Shown here one piece after another: positions 22,773-24,000 of a stretch of DNA of 24,000 bases. The position numbers were made by a program, and so were the translations under genes. Within the stretch, counting starts at the first letter, position 1; each line of letters opens with the position of its first letter. Location of the stretch: NCBI GenBank assembly GCA_023254095.1, contig JALNLM010000002.1, positions 1-24,000 of the forward strand, written 5' to 3'. The notes under the pieces are model-generated. The model saw nothing but the letters and a program-made list of their open reading frames with translations. It made no database searches and had not been told where the DNA came from. Source of the DNA: Candidatus Geocrenenecus huangii. GTDB taxonomy: Archaea > Thermoproteota > Nitrososphaeria_A > Caldarchaeales > Wolframiiraptoraceae.

Positions 22773-24000
22773 ATGAAAAGAGATAGACTGATCCCTAAGA
22801 CAATGGCCTCTCAACATCCTGATAATGCTTCTATACCGAAGTGGTGTAAGAACGAGGTTATAGCTGGGGAAGATGAAGTCTACGAAGCATATCATGCCTA
22901 CGTTTTCCTAGGGTGTAGAGAAGCTATGTGGGACGCTGAGGGCAAAGACATAGACCCGCAAGTAGTTAGAAAACTCTTAACAAATTATCCCGAGTACTTC
23001 ATTGAGAATAAACTAGGAGAAGATATATTCTTAACTCTTAGAATTCCTAACCCATTAATAGAAGTAGCTGAGAAGAAGATATTCTTGGAGACTCTTCAAT
23101 CTATACCTAAACATAATGATGTTGCAATGACCTTCTACAACGAGCATCCCCGTAAATCTATCTTCGAAGTAATCCTGCCTTTTACAGTAAGCCATGTTGA
23201 CCTAATTAGAGTTAGGGAGACATATAGGAAAGTCATCGTTGAACCATTTAATGAACAGATAGACTACCAAGGATTAAAATTGAAAGAACTGGTAGGAGAA
23301 GTTTATCCAAAAGAAATAGAAGTTATACCGTTGATTGAGGATATGAACTCCCTGATATCATGTGACGAAATAATAATGAGATATATAGAGCTTGTCTCAC
23401 CAAGCTATCTTAGAGTTTTCCTAGCGAGGTCTGACCCTGCATTAAACTATGGATATGTGGCCGCCACGCTCCTCGCAAAATTAGCTTTATCAAAGCTCTG
23501 GAATATTAGAAACCAGACAGGCATAGACATATACCCTATAATCGGGGCAGGATGCTTACCGTTCAGAGGCCATAACTCTCCCATAAACATCGAGGGGTTC
23601 GTTGAAGAATATAAGGGAACATGGACTGTTACGATTCAGTCTGCATACAGATATGATTACCCTGAGAATGAAGTCGTAGAGGCTGTAAAGAAATTGAACA
23701 ACATGCTACCATACGGTGAGCCTAGAGACCTTACTGAAGTCGAAGAAACCATTGTTAACGTCATTCAGAAATTTTCACGAAAATATCAGGAGACTCTCGA
23801 ATCAGCCATAGACGCTGTAAATTATGTGGCGTCTTTCATCCCACCTCGCAGGAGTAGAAAGCTACACATCGGGTTATATGGATACTCAAGGAGATTGATA
23901 GGAAAATCTCTTCCCCGTGCAATTCCATTTACTGGAGCATTCTACTCTCTCGGGATCCCCCCAGAATTCATAGGCATGAGAGTATTGAAGGGTCTAGGTG
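22773..24000 (+). CDS. ppcA: Archaeal-type phosphoenolpyruvate carboxylase, 5' part (runs off the window)
   Basis: My own translation from the ATG at 22773 is MKRDRLIPKTMASQHPDNASIPKW...LARSDPALNYG...GAGCLPFRGH... It stays open to the window end. TMxxQHPDN is the hallmark N-terminus of atPEPC. It is absent from the ORF track because it is truncated. Confidence 0.85.
   Translation, partial: MKRDRLIPKTMASQHPDNASIPKWCKNEVIAGEDEVYEAYHAYVFLGCREAMWDAEGKDIDPQVVRKLLTNYPEYFIENKLGEDIFLTLRIPNPLIEVAEKKIFLETLQSIPKHNDVAMTFYNEHPRKSIFEVILPFTVSHVDLIRVRETYRKVIVEPFNEQIDYQGLKLKELVGEVYPKEIEVIPLIEDMNSLISCDEIIMRYIELVSPSYLRVFLARSDPALNYGYVAATLLAKLALSKLWNIRNQTGIDIYPIIGAGCLPFRGHNSPINIEGFVEEYKGTWTVTIQSAYRYDYPENEVVEAVKKLNNMLPYGEPRDLTEVEETIVNVIQKFSRKYQETLESAIDAVNYVASFIPPRRSRKLHIGLYGYSRRLIGKSLPRAIPFTGAFYSLGIPPEFIGMRVLKGLG

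Noticed and set aside
1-24000. CRISPR arrays, rRNA genes, inteins, and canonical defence or toxin-antitoxin modules
   Set aside because: I saw no regularly spaced repeats, no long GC-rich structured-RNA stretch apart from the tRNAs and the tRNA-like remnant, no host-protein interruptions (ThrRS, HflX and PEPC are of normal length), and no small paired ORFs of TA type.

Overview
AT-rich archaeal chromosome segment. A crenarchaeal/TACK-like origin is suggested by a tRNA intron with a bulge-helix-bulge motif, an archaeal-type PEP carboxylase, aMBF1, NAC, and a ThrRS with the archaeal N-terminal editing domain. The window holds about 22 supportable protein genes, 2 tRNAs, 2 to 3 pseudogene remnants, and no rRNA or CRISPR. 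Layout: (i) 1-1600 is a gene-poor, decaying flank with tRNA-Arg(UCU) and a broken MntP-like gene. (ii) 1.6-8.0 kb is mostly minus-strand (one plus-strand Nudix gene): ACT-V4R protein, triple Zn-ribbon protein, hisC, Nudix, thiL, DPM synthase and a polyprenol-kinase-like gene. (iii) 8.1-11.3 kb is an accessory patch hanging off an intron-containing tRNA-Thr(CGU). It carries a free-standing HTH-LAGLIDADG ORF, a DDE transposase fragment, a conspicuously GC-rich CPBP protease gene, a mosaic tRNA-like remnant repeating the tRNA-Thr 3' half, and 600 bp without ORFs. (iv) 11.3-24 kb holds a radical SAM gene, a plus-strand run of ribosome-associated factors (MBF1-like, HflX, PUA protein, NAC), a 603-aa wHTH/ATP-cone/RNR-like fusion protein, an eIF-2B-like gene, an SDH-type protease, a thrS-tenA-tenA-like string and the 5' part of archaeal PEPC. 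I see no canonical defence system. The loci most likely to hide undescribed biology are the tRNA-Thr-linked patch with its mosaic tRNA remnant, the wHTH-ATP-cone-pseudo-RNR protein, and the Zn-ribbon/ACT-V4R pair. All functional calls rest on motif recognition by eye, with no database search.
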